A stretch of 64,000 nt of DNA. Source: an uncultured Gemmatimonadales bacterium (lineage in GTDB: Bacteria > Gemmatimonadota > Gemmatimonadetes > Palauibacterales > Palauibacteraceae). The notes below the pieces were generated by a model. The model was not told the DNA's origin and did not search any database. It saw nothing but the letters and a program-made list of their open reading frames with translations. The stretch covers positions 96,001 to 160,000 of the forward strand of contig CAWANJ010000001.1 in assembly GCA_963783385.1 (NCBI GenBank). Direction: 5' to 3'. The translations under genes and the position numbers were made by a program. The stretch's first letter is position 1. Every line of letters starts with the position of its first letter. Of the stretch, positions 10,269-18,886 are shown piece by piece.

Positions 10269-10763
10269 ATGGAAGAGCGCGTCCCGGGCGGCGACCGTGC
10301 CGCCCCCGTGAGCGGCCGGGAGTCGCCGCGTCCGGACGGCCGCGGTCGACTGGTGGCCGGGCTGTTCCTGGCCCTCGCGGTCCTGGTGGGCCTCCTGGGA
10401 GGCATCGTCATCGACCGAGCGCTCCTGGCCCCGGACACGGCGGGTCCGGTTCCCTCAGGCGACACGGGGGTGGCGGCGGGGGCCCCGTCGGGCGGTCGGG
10501 TGCTGGCGTGGATGGCCGACAGCCTGGACCTGAGCCCCGAGCAGAGGGTGCGCATCGCGGCCGTGGTCCGCGACGAGCAGCGGCGGGCCCGCGAGCTCAC
10601 CGTGCGCGTCCGGCCCCGATACCAGCAGGTACTCCGGCGCACGCGGCTCCGGGTGCTCGCCATCCTGACCCCCGACCAGCGCATCCGGCTCCGGCACCTC
10701 CTGGCGGAGCGGCGGGCGGCTCGAGGCGACCGGGACTCCACGACCCGGCGTCGCCGGCCCTGA
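10269..10763 (+). CDS. Membrane-anchored Spy/CpxP-like (LTXXQ-type) helical protein
   Basis: TM helix followed by LDLSPEQ...ILTPDQ motifs; third gene of the ECF operon. Confidence 0.65.
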   Translation: MEERVPGGDRAAPVSGRESPRPDGRGRLVAGLFLALAVLVGLLGGIVIDRALLAPDTAGPVPSGDTGVAAGAPSGGRVLAWMADSLDLSPEQRVRIAAVVRDEQRRARELTVRVRPRYQQVLRRTRLRVLAILTPDQRIRLRHLLAERRAARGDRDSTTRRRRP

Positions 10764-10844
10764 CCGAAACGTGCCCGGGCGGAGCGGGTATCCCTCGCCC
10801 ACTCGTTCACGACAGGGACGATCCCCGGGCACGGAGGCGGCCAG

Positions 10845-11609
10845 ATGCCGGATGAGGGCCAGCGCGAGTCTTCCGACGTTGTGACCGTCGAGAGCCAGCC
10901 GATCTTCGACATCGTCGAAGACACACTGCTCGACCTGTGGAAGGCAGTGGACGACCTGGCGAGGATCCACGCCCCGCGCCTTCCCTACTACCGCGTCACC
11001 ATCTTCGGCTCCTCCCGGATGCGGGAGGGCGATGCCCTTTACGGCAGTGTCCAGGAGCTGGCGCGCGAACTCTCCCTCATGGGCTGCGACATCGTCACCG
11101 GGGGCGGGCCGGGCCTCATGGAGGCGGCCAACCGGGGCGCCGAGGAGGGCGACGTCGACAACCGGACGCGCTCCTTCGGCCTCAACATCGAGGTCCCGCA
11201 CGAGCAGGAAATCAACCCCTACGTGGAGAAGGCCTACGTGCACCGCACCTTCTTCACGCGGCTGCACCACTTCGTGCGCCTGTCCAGCGCCTTCGTGGTC
11301 GTGCCCGGCGGCATCGGCACGACGCTGGAGGCGCTCATGGTGTGGCAGCTCATGCAGGTGCGCCACATCACCGACCGACCGTTCATCATGCTGGGGACGA
11401 TGTGGCGGGAGCTGGTGGCCTGGGGACGACGGTTCATGCTGGACGGCGGGACCCGGCCGCTGGCGGGCCCGGACGACCTGGACCTGCCGCGGTGCGTGGG
11501 GAGCGTCGACGATGCCGTGGCCATCATCCGCCGCGACCTGGCCCGCGTGCGCGGTGAGGTCGACGCCGACGTGGACGGCGAGGAGGGTTCGAGTTCCGCG
11601 GGAGGTTGA
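10845..11609 (+). CDS. LOG family (nucleotide monophosphate nucleosidase-like) protein
   Basis: VTIFGSSR, IVTGGGPGLMEAAN.GA, FF.R, PGGIGTTLE. Confidence 0.9.
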   Translation: MPDEGQRESSDVVTVESQPIFDIVEDTLLDLWKAVDDLARIHAPRLPYYRVTIFGSSRMREGDALYGSVQELARELSLMGCDIVTGGGPGLMEAANRGAEEGDVDNRTRSFGLNIEVPHEQEINPYVEKAYVHRTFFTRLHHFVRLSSAFVVVPGGIGTTLEALMVWQLMQVRHITDRPFIMLGTMWRELVAWGRRFMLDGGTRPLAGPDDLDLPRCVGSVDDAVAIIRRDLARVRGEVDADVDGEEGSSSAGG

Positions 11610-11834
11610 AACCGCGCGCCCCCGGATTCGGTAGTAGGACACGAGGGCGATGAGGCGGAGGCAACCTTCTCTGCCCGGTGCACGTCCAACACTCGGATCG
11701 GGGCGGAGGAGTCCTCCCCGACATCCGATGGACGGCACACAGCATGGCGAGGTGGACTCGCCGGTGCGCGGCACCCTCCTGTGGCAAGGAACTCAACGCC
11801 ACTTCAACGTGGCCAAGTCCGCGCGCCGGTGGTC

Positions 11835-11864
11835 CCCTCACCCTCACCCTCACCCTCACCCTCT
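11835..11864. repeat. Hexamer microsatellite (CCCTCA)4 + CCCTCT, intergenic
   Basis: Directly visible; the minus strand reads AGAGGG(TGAGGG)4. Confidence 0.85.
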
Positions 11865-12015
11865 CTCTCCCCAGCATCGCCCACCCTGTCGGCCGTTCCC
11901 CGCACCCCCTCCCTCCCTCGCCATCGCGGCGCCCGGTATCCATCCTGCGAGTATCGGGGCGGCTTCGACCGCGTGACCGAAGACGGAGACGGGTCTCGAG
12001 GACGGCGGAAAGGCA

Positions 12016-13329
12016 ATGAGCGACCAGGACGGTGAGGGCAGCAGGGGCATCGGCTTCTTCGAAGCCGCCTCCATCGGCGTAGGCGGGATGGTCGGCGGCG
12101 GGATCTTCGCCGTCCTCGGCCTCGCCGTGGAGCTGGCCGGCGGCGGGACCCCGGTGGCGTTCGTGGTGGCGGGCCTGGTGGCGCTGGTCACGGCCTACTC
12201 CTACAGCCGGCTGGCGGTCACCTTCCCGAGCTCGGGCGGCACGGTTACCTACCTGAACCAGGCCTTCGGGACGGGCGCCGTCACCGGCTCCCTCAACGTG
12301 CTCCTGTGGCTCAGCTATATCGTAATGTTGTCGCTGTACGCGTTCGCGTTCGGCAGCTACGGCGCCACCTTCTTTCCCGAGGCGTCCCGGGGCCTGTGGA
12401 CCCACGTCCTGCTCAGCGCCGCCGTGGTGGGCATCGCCGGCCTCAACCTGCTGAGCGCCGGGGTGGTGGGCGACATCGAGGACTGGATCGTCGGCATCAA
12501 GCTGTTGATCCTCCTGTTCTTCGTCGCCGTGGGCCTGGGCGGCGTGCAGGGTGCCCGCCTGGCGCCGGCCGCCTGGAAGCCGCCGCTCCAGCTCGCCGCG
12601 GGCGGCATGATCATCTTCCTCGCCTACGAGGGCTTCGAGCTCATCGCCAACACGGCCGAGGACGCGCGTGACGCCGAGCACACGGTGCCCAGGGCCCTGT
12701 TCGCCTCGGTGGGCTTCGTGATCGTCCTCTACGTGCTGGTGGCGCTGGTCACGGTGGGGAACCTGCCGGTCCACCAGATCGTGCAGGCCAAGGACTACGC
12801 CCTCGCCGCGGCCGCCCGGCCCTTCCTGGGCCAGTTCGGCTTCACCCTGATCGCGGTGGCCGCCATGCTGTCCACCGCGTCGGCCATCAACGCCACGTTG
12901 TACGGATCGGCCCGTCTCAGCTACATCGTGGCCAAGGACGGCGAGCTACCGAAGGCCCTGGAGAAGAAGGTGTGGCAGCGGCCGGTCGAGGGGCTCCTGA
13001 TCACGGCCGCGGCCACCCTGGTGGTTGCCAACCTCCTCGACCTCTCCAGCATCTCCACCGTGGGGAGCGCCGGCTTCCTGCTCGTGTTCGCGGCCGTGAA
13101 CGCGGCCAACCTCAGGCTGGCCGACAGGACCGGAGCGCGTCGCTGGATCGCGTGGACGGGGCTGGCGGGCTGCCTGGCGGCCCTGGCAGCGCTGCTGTGG
13201 GAGACCCTGACCACCTCCCCCGCCCACCTGTGGATCCTGGCCGGCCTCGTGGTGCTGTCGGTGGCGATCGAGACGGGCTACCGGGCCGCCAGCGGCCGGA
13301 CCATTCACATCCAGCCCGGCGGCAGCTGA
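12016..13329 (+). CDS. APC family amino acid permease
   Basis: GVGGMVGGGIF, GG..TY, AYEGFELIAN.AED; about 12 TM segments. Confidence 0.92.
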   Translation: MSDQDGEGSRGIGFFEAASIGVGGMVGGGIFAVLGLAVELAGGGTPVAFVVAGLVALVTAYSYSRLAVTFPSSGGTVTYLNQAFGTGAVTGSLNVLLWLSYIVMLSLYAFAFGSYGATFFPEASRGLWTHVLLSAAVVGIAGLNLLSAGVVGDIEDWIVGIKLLILLFFVAVGLGGVQGARLAPAAWKPPLQLAAGGMIIFLAYEGFELIANTAEDARDAEHTVPRALFASVGFVIVLYVLVALVTVGNLPVHQIVQAKDYALAAAARPFLGQFGFTLIAVAAMLSTASAINATLYGSARLSYIVAKDGELPKALEKKVWQRPVEGLLITAAATLVVANLLDLSSISTVGSAGFLLVFAAVNAANLRLADRTGARRWIAWTGLAGCLAALAALLWETLTTSPAHLWILAGLVVLSVAIETGYRAASGRTIHIQPGGS

Positions 13330-13372
13330 GATCGCCCGCGGGGACCCGCTCGCCCCCGGTTCTCGAGGAGCG

Positions 13373-14494
13373 TCAGATGTAGCGGTCGACGGCCGGCAGC
13401 AGGGCACGCACCGATGCCGGAAGCGCGCCGGGAGCGCCGGGCGCCATCAGCTCGCGCACGCGGTAGGGAGCCGGCCCGGCCCCCGGAGCGCGCGGCGCCG
13501 CGATCCAGCGCATGCGGGGCATCGCCGGAGCGTTGGGAAGCGCGGGCGGCGCCAAGGTGCGCGCCCCGCCGTCCTGCACGCGGAACCAGCGCGCCGACCG
13601 CTCCCCGGGCGCCGGCCGCTCGGGCAGGTCGACGGTGACCGTCTGCCGCTTTCCCTTGCGAATCACGGTCACGGCGAGCGCTCCCTTGTCGGCGGAGTGG
13701 ACCGCCTCGACCACGGCGCCGGGATCCTCGACCGGCTTGCCCGCCACCGAGACAATGACGTCTCCGGCCTTCAGCCCCGCCTTCTGCGCCGCCGAGCCCT
13801 CGGTCACCTCGCTGATGAGCGCGCCGTGGCCGTCGCTCACCCCGAAGTAGTCGCCCAGCTGTTTGCCGAGGGGCTGCAGCATCACGCCCAGCCGGCCCTG
13901 GCCGCCGAAGGAGAACATGAAGCTCCGGCCGCCGCCCGGCGCGCTGAAGATCTCGCCGCGGAAGTTCCGTCGCATCTCCCGTCCGGCGCTGTCCATCCTG
14001 ACCCGCACGCTGTCCAGCGTCTCCCGCAAACGCTGCCGGGTGCTGTCATCGATGATCTTCCGCATCCGGATACGGATGTCGCGGTCGGGGCCACCGTACC
14101 AGCTCATCCCCGGCCGTTCGCCGATGCGCACCCGGGCCTCGTGGGACGAGCCGTTGCGCACGTACGCGAGCGTCACCTCTCGCCCGGGGGGCGTCTCGCC
14201 CACCATCCGGGTGAGGGCGGCGACGCTTTCCACCCGCTGTCCGTCGAAGGCGGTGATCACGTCGTCCTTCTGGAGGCTGGCGGCCTGGGCCGGCGAGCTG
14301 TCGGCCACCGATTCCACCCGGGCCCCGCGCACGGCGGGCAGGTGGAGACGGGCGGCCGACGCGCTGTCCACGTCCGCGACCTGGACGCCCAGGAAGCCGG
14401 CGTCCTGGGGGGCGGGGGCGGCGCGAACCGCCTTCGGGGCCAGGACGGCGGCCACGAGGGCGAGCGCGAGAGCGGTGTCCCTGGCGAGTCTCAT
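13373..14494 (-). CDS. Secreted tandem-PDZ domain protein without protease domain
   Basis: Signal peptide; PDZ1 (GFLGV...GARVESV..SSPA..A.L...DVI) and PDZ2 (GRLGV...GALISEV.EGSAAQKAGLKAGDVI); no trypsin catalytic motifs. Confidence 0.82.
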   Translation of the reverse strand: MRLARDTALALALVAAVLAPKAVRAAPAPQDAGFLGVQVADVDSASAARLHLPAVRGARVESVADSSPAQAASLQKDDVITAFDGQRVESVAALTRMVGETPPGREVTLAYVRNGSSHEARVRIGERPGMSWYGGPDRDIRIRMRKIIDDSTRQRLRETLDSVRVRMDSAGREMRRNFRGEIFSAPGGGRSFMFSFGGQGRLGVMLQPLGKQLGDYFGVSDGHGALISEVTEGSAAQKAGLKAGDVIVSVAGKPVEDPGAVVEAVHSADKGALAVTVIRKGKRQTVTVDLPERPAPGERSARWFRVQDGGARTLAPPALPNAPAMPRMRWIAAPRAPGAGPAPYRVRELMAPGAPGALPASVRALLPAVDRYI

Positions 14495-14660
14495 CGGCAT
14501 CCTCCGGGGTGAGCGCCCGCGCGACGCCGGACTGGGGGCGGTTCGCAGGCCGGGCTGTGCGCCCTGGTTCCGGACGTTCGACAGGTCCGGGGGGAGGAGG
14601 GTTGCCCGCGGATTTCGCGGGCCAAAGGAGCCGGGCGGCCCGGGCGTCGGCGACCCGTGG

Positions 14661-15608
14661 TCAGGCCGCCGGGGACCCCACGGCCGGAGCCCGGAGCGGG
14701 ATCTGCACGTCGAGGGCGGCGGCCAGGACGCCGAAGCTGGCGGGCCCGGTCCCGAACAGCTCTCCGTCGCCGTTCCAGGGCAGGTCCGTCTCCGCGTCCA
14801 CGTGCACCCGCCGGCCGCGGGTCCAGACGACCGCCGGGTCGTCGAGGTGGCGCCCGCGGAGGGCGCGCGTGATGACGCGAAGGAGTGCCGGAAGCGAGAC
14901 GGCGCGGAGCACCAGCACGTCCAGGATGCCGTCGTCGGTCCGTGCCCCCGGCGCCATCGGGATGCCACCCCCGAAGCGGGGCCCGTTGGCGACGAGGACC
15001 GCCAGCGCCTCGCCCGTGGCCATCCTCTCCCCGTCCACCGACACCTCGACCGGCCATGCGCGCCGGGCGGCGATCTCGTCGAGGGCCGCGCGCAGGTACA
15101 CCCACCGCCCCCAGGTCCGGCGCCGGCGCGGCGTGATCCGCGCCGCCATGCTTCCCGCGAAGCCTCCCATGGCGAAATTGGCCGCCCGAGGCCCGGCGAG
15201 GCCGGTCACCTCGACGAGGTCGAGCGGGCCCGCGGCGCCCTCCTCCAGCAGCGCGGCCGCGCTCTCCAGGTCCGGGGGCATCCCGAGCGCGCACGCCAGG
15301 TCGTTCCCCGTGCCGAGCGGCACGAGCGCCAGCCTGGGCGCCGGGCCGGTCCCGCGCCGCGCGGCGAGCCCGTTCACCGCCTCGTGGAGCGTGCCGTCAC
15401 CGCCGGCCACGACGAGCGTGCCGGCGCCCGCGTCCGCCGCCTCCCGAGCCAGCCCGGCCGCATCCCCGGGGCCGGAGGTCACGCGCACCTCGTCCACGCC
15501 GGCGCGCTCGAGTACCGCGGCCACGTCCGGCCGGCGCCGCGCGACCGGCGCGGCCGGGTTCAGGATCGCGATCCTGGGATGGGGGGCGGGGGACGGCCCG
15601 CGCCTCAC
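14661..15608 (-). CDS. Diacylglycerol/lipid kinase family protein (YegS/BmrU-like)
   Basis: ILNPAA, AGGDGTLHEAVNG, PLGTGNDLA, FGGG, NGDGE; GTG overlaps the upstream TGA. Confidence 0.9.
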   Translation of the reverse strand: MRRGPSPAPHPRIAILNPAAPVARRRPDVAAVLERAGVDEVRVTSGPGDAAGLAREAADAGAGTLVVAGGDGTLHEAVNGLAARRGTGPAPRLALVPLGTGNDLACALGMPPDLESAAALLEEGAAGPLDLVEVTGLAGPRAANFAMGGFAGSMAARITPRRRRTWGRWVYLRAALDEIAARRAWPVEVSVDGERMATGEALAVLVANGPRFGGGIPMAPGARTDDGILDVLVLRAVSLPALLRVITRALRGRHLDDPAVVWTRGRRVHVDAETDLPWNGDGELFGTGPASFGVLAAALDVQIPLRAPAVGSPAA

Positions 15609-18600
15609 TCGCCGACCTCCCGGACCTCGCCCGGCGCCAGGAAGACGAGGCGGCCCCGAACGGCGGAGCGCGGCAAGCCGTACGTGGCCGCGACCGCCTC
15701 GCGGTAGGCCTCGATCTGCGGACGATAGAACTCGGTCCGGGCGGCGAGCGCCGCCTCGTCCCCCGCGACCAGGTCGTCCGTCTTGAAGTCGAGGACCTCG
15801 GCGGCCACCACCGCGCCGGCGCCGGCACCCGGACCGCCCGAGGCCCCCGGCCCGGACCGCACGAGCACCAGGCGGTCGATGACGCCCGACATCACCTCGC
15901 CATCGACGCGGCAGGCGAAGGGGCGCTCGCGATGGAGCTCTAGCGTGCACCCCGGGTCGACCGCGGCCCTCGCCCGCGCTTCGGCCGACTTCCGGGACAG
16001 GGCGTCCCGCACCGGAGGCCGACGCATCCAGGCCGCGAAGCGCTCCGCGAGCCGCTCCAGCTCCGCCCCGGGGAGCTCGAACGCCTCGGCCACGACCAGG
16101 GCCCGGAGGGCCGCGTCCTCCGGGATCCCGTCCTCGATCCACCCGATCGCCTCGCACCAGCGGTGGACGATGGTTCCGGACCGGCGGGCCGCGGAAGTGT
16201 CCAGGCGGAGAAGGCGCTCGAGGTCGACTTCGCCCCCGCCCTCCAACTCGGAGGGGGAGCGGCGGGCCAGGACACGGGTCCGGGGCGCTCCGGCGTCCAC
16301 ACGCACCCGCGGCTCCGCGCCGATCTTGATCTCGAGGCTCTCCGACAGGCCCTCCAGGCCCCCGGCCCAGTCCGCATCGCCCAGCTCCAGCAGCGTCTCC
16401 CTCTCGTGGACCGGCCCTTCGGCGCGTCCCAGCGCGGCTCTCACCAGGCGCGCATAGGACTGGACGCTCCTGAGCCGCTCGCCCTCGTCCGCGGCGACGA
16501 GGAGGTGGAGGGCGTGCCGGGCCCGCGTCACGGCCACATACAGCCAGCTCAGCCGGTCCCGGAGGTGGCTGGCCTGCATCTGCCGGTATGCCTCCTCCGC
16601 CTCCGGGAACAACGGCCGGAGCTTCTTGCCGATATACGGAAACACCCGGACAATGCGGCCCGTGGCCGGATCCCGCTCCGGCATGACCACGTCCGTTCCG
16701 CGGCGGTGCAGCCCGAAATCGAGCTCGGGCAGGACGACCACGTCGAATTCCAGCCCCTTGGCCTGGTGGACGGTCATGACGCGCACCGCCGCGCTCCGAG
16801 GATCCTCGACCGTGTGGCTCTCCACGTAGCGAATGAAGTCCCCGGGGCGGAGGGTCGCGCGCTCGTCCCACCGGAAGCCCAGCTCCACCAGCTGCTCCAG
16901 GCGGCGGAGCTCGCTCTCGTCCACGAACGGTGCCAGCTCCCGCGTCCACGCGGAGAGCGCCTCGCCGTACCCCTGCCGGAGGAGCCTCCTTCTCACACGC
17001 GCGCCCAGACGCCGGGCCCCGGTCTCGTCCGTGAAGTCCGTGTAGCCCACCACGCCGCCCAGGGGGCCGGCGGCGACCTCGTAGCGGGCCAGCGTATCAC
17101 CCGGGTGGTCGGCGGCCCACAGCAGGGACAGGAGGGCGCTCACCGGCGCCGCGTCGTCCACGGTCGTCCCGCCCTCCTCGCTGGCCATCACGCCCCTGCG
17201 GCGCAGCTCGAGGATGAGCCGGGCGACGGTGTCGTTGCGGTTCACGAGGACACCGATCTGGGCGCCAGGCAAGCGCTCGTGGATTCCGGCCACCCGCTCC
17301 GCGGCGAAGGCCATCAGGCGGGGCCGGTCGGAGCCCGTCCCTCCATCGTCGGGACCGACCTCGACCGTGACGTGCCCCGGGGCGTCCCGGAGGGGATCGG
17401 CGGGCTCGTGCGGCTCGAACGTCGCCCCCCACGTGCGCGCCACCGAGGCTCCCTCGTCGAGCGCATCCAGCACGGGGTTGACCGCCACCTCCCCGAACAG
17501 TCGGTTCACGAACTCCAGCACGACGGGGCTCGAGCGCCAGCTCCTGGACAGGGTCCGCGACGGCAGATCGTACCGCCGCTCGACCCGGTCGACGAGCTCG
17601 GGGTCCGCATTGCGCCACCCGTAGATGGACTGCTTGGGATCGGCCACCACGACCAGCGACCCGCGCCGCTCGATGGCGTCGGCCAGCGGCTCGAGCGCGG
17701 CCCACTGGGTGATCGACGTGTCCTGGAACTCGTCGAGCAGGAGGTGCTCGGAGCGGCGGTCCATGCGATAGGAGAGGTCCGGGCGGGCGGCCAACGGGCC
17801 CGGCGAGCCCACCCGATAGGCCAGGTCCTGGAAGCGGTAGGCGCCCGTGCGGTCCTGGAGGTCGCTGAGGGCCGCGTCGTACAGGAGCGCGATCTGGCCC
17901 AGGGCGCGCGCCTGCGCGTCGTACTTGGGCCCGAGCTCGGCCCTGGCGAGCCGCCTGGCCTCCTCGAGCGCCGGCGACAGCTCCTCCGGAAACGGCTTCC
18001 TGTAGTAGGCCTCCTCCCCCGCCAGCCACTTCGCCCCGAGCCCGGTCGTCCACAGGGCCTCCCACGCCCCTTCCCGGATCGCCGCCGCGGCGGCCTCGAG
18101 GGCCGACGCCCAGCGCGAATCCGGATCCCCCCTCGCTGTGAGCGGTGCGCCGATGGCCGCCACCCGGTCCGCCAGCTCCTCGCGGGTCCGCTCCGGGTCG
18201 CCCACCGGCTCCCGGTCGGCGAAGGGCGACCACGGGTCGGGCGCGGACGGCTCGATCTCGCGCAGCACCTCCTGGAGCCCATCGACCTGCTCCACGAGAC
18301 GATCGTGGACACGCCGGTCGTGGTCGCCGCGCGCGATCATCCTGAGGAGCTCGAGGAGGGCCTCGTCGTCGTGGGCGTCGAGGAGGGCCTGCACGGCCCG
18401 GGACCGCGCCTCCTCCTGCTCGTCCGCCTCCGCGATCCGCCAGGAGAGCGGGAGGCCGAGCTCGGGCCCGAAGCAGCGGGCCAGGCGGACGAAGAACGCG
18501 TCGAGGGTCCCCACGTCCGCGTGGTGCAACGCCCCGACGACGCTCTCGAGCAGCGCCCGGGCGCGCTCACGGTCCAGGGCGGAGGTCCCCGAGCCGACGT

Positions 18601-18886
18601 CGGCGCCGGAGTCGGCGCCCGTCTCCGCGGAGAGCTGTGTCGCCAGCCGGAGGGCCTCGGCGTCGTCGACGGCGGCCCGGGCCAGCCGCAGGAGAACTCG
18701 GCCCAGGATCTCGCCGGCCGCCTTGCGCGTGAAGGTCGAGGCGAGGACGCGCTGCATCTCCACGCCGGCCTCCAGGAGGACCAGGATGCGGTTCGAGATC
18801 TGGAACGTCTTCCCGGTTCCGGCCGAGGCACGGATGAGCTCGTGGGGCCAGCGCCGCGTGCTCACCGGCACCTCCTCGCCGCTCAA
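15605..18886 (-). CDS. addA: AddA-like UvrD helicase with C-terminal PD-(D/E)XK nuclease
   Basis: ASAGTGKT, TFTRKAAGE, LDEFQDTS, DPKQSIYGWR, MTVHQAKGLEF, LYVAVTRAR, then GVIDRL...DFKTD...QIEAY. Confidence 0.88.
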   Translation of the reverse strand: MSGEEVPVSTRRWPHELIRASAGTGKTFQISNRILVLLEAGVEMQRVLASTFTRKAAGEILGRVLLRLARAAVDDAEALRLATQLSAETGADSGADVGSGTSALDRERARALLESVVGALHHADVGTLDAFFVRLARCFGPELGLPLSWRIAEADEQEEARSRAVQALLDAHDDEALLELLRMIARGDHDRRVHDRLVEQVDGLQEVLREIEPSAPDPWSPFADREPVGDPERTREELADRVAAIGAPLTARGDPDSRWASALEAAAAAIREGAWEALWTTGLGAKWLAGEEAYYRKPFPEELSPALEEARRLARAELGPKYDAQARALGQIALLYDAALSDLQDRTGAYRFQDLAYRVGSPGPLAARPDLSYRMDRRSEHLLLDEFQDTSITQWAALEPLADAIERRGSLVVVADPKQSIYGWRNADPELVDRVERRYDLPSRTLSRSWRSSPVVLEFVNRLFGEVAVNPVLDALDEGASVARTWGATFEPHEPADPLRDAPGHVTVEVGPDDGGTGSDRPRLMAFAAERVAGIHERLPGAQIGVLVNRNDTVARLILELRRRGVMASEEGGTTVDDAAPVSALLSLLWAADHPGDTLARYEVAAGPLGGVVGYTDFTDETGARRLGARVRRRLLRQGYGEALSAWTRELAPFVDESELRRLEQLVELGFRWDERATLRPGDFIRYVESHTVEDPRSAAVRVMTVHQAKGLEFDVVVLPELDFGLHRRGTDVVMPERDPATGRIVRVFPYIGKKLRPLFPEAEEAYRQMQASHLRDRLSWLYVAVTRARHALHLLVAADEGERLRSVQSYARLVRAALGRAEGPVHERETLLELGDADWAGGLEGLSESLEIKIGAEPRVRVDAGAPRTRVLARRSPSELEGGGEVDLERLLRLDTSAARRSGTIVHRWCEAIGWIEDGIPEDAALRALVVAEAFELPGAELERLAERFAAWMRRPPVRDALSRKSAEARARAAVDPGCTLELHRERPFACRVDGEVMSGVIDRLVLVRSGPGASGGPGAGAGAVVAAEVLDFKTDDLVAGDEAALAARTEFYRPQIEAYREAVAATYGLPRSAVRGRLVFLAPGEVREVGE

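Noticed and set aside
10260-10275. In-frame TAG followed immediately by ATG between 9822..10268 and 10269..10763 (possible read-through or pyrrolysine)
   Set aside because: A GAGGAG RBS precedes the ATG, each ORF has its own TM helix and a plausible stand-alone role, and no catalytic residue is expected at the stop.
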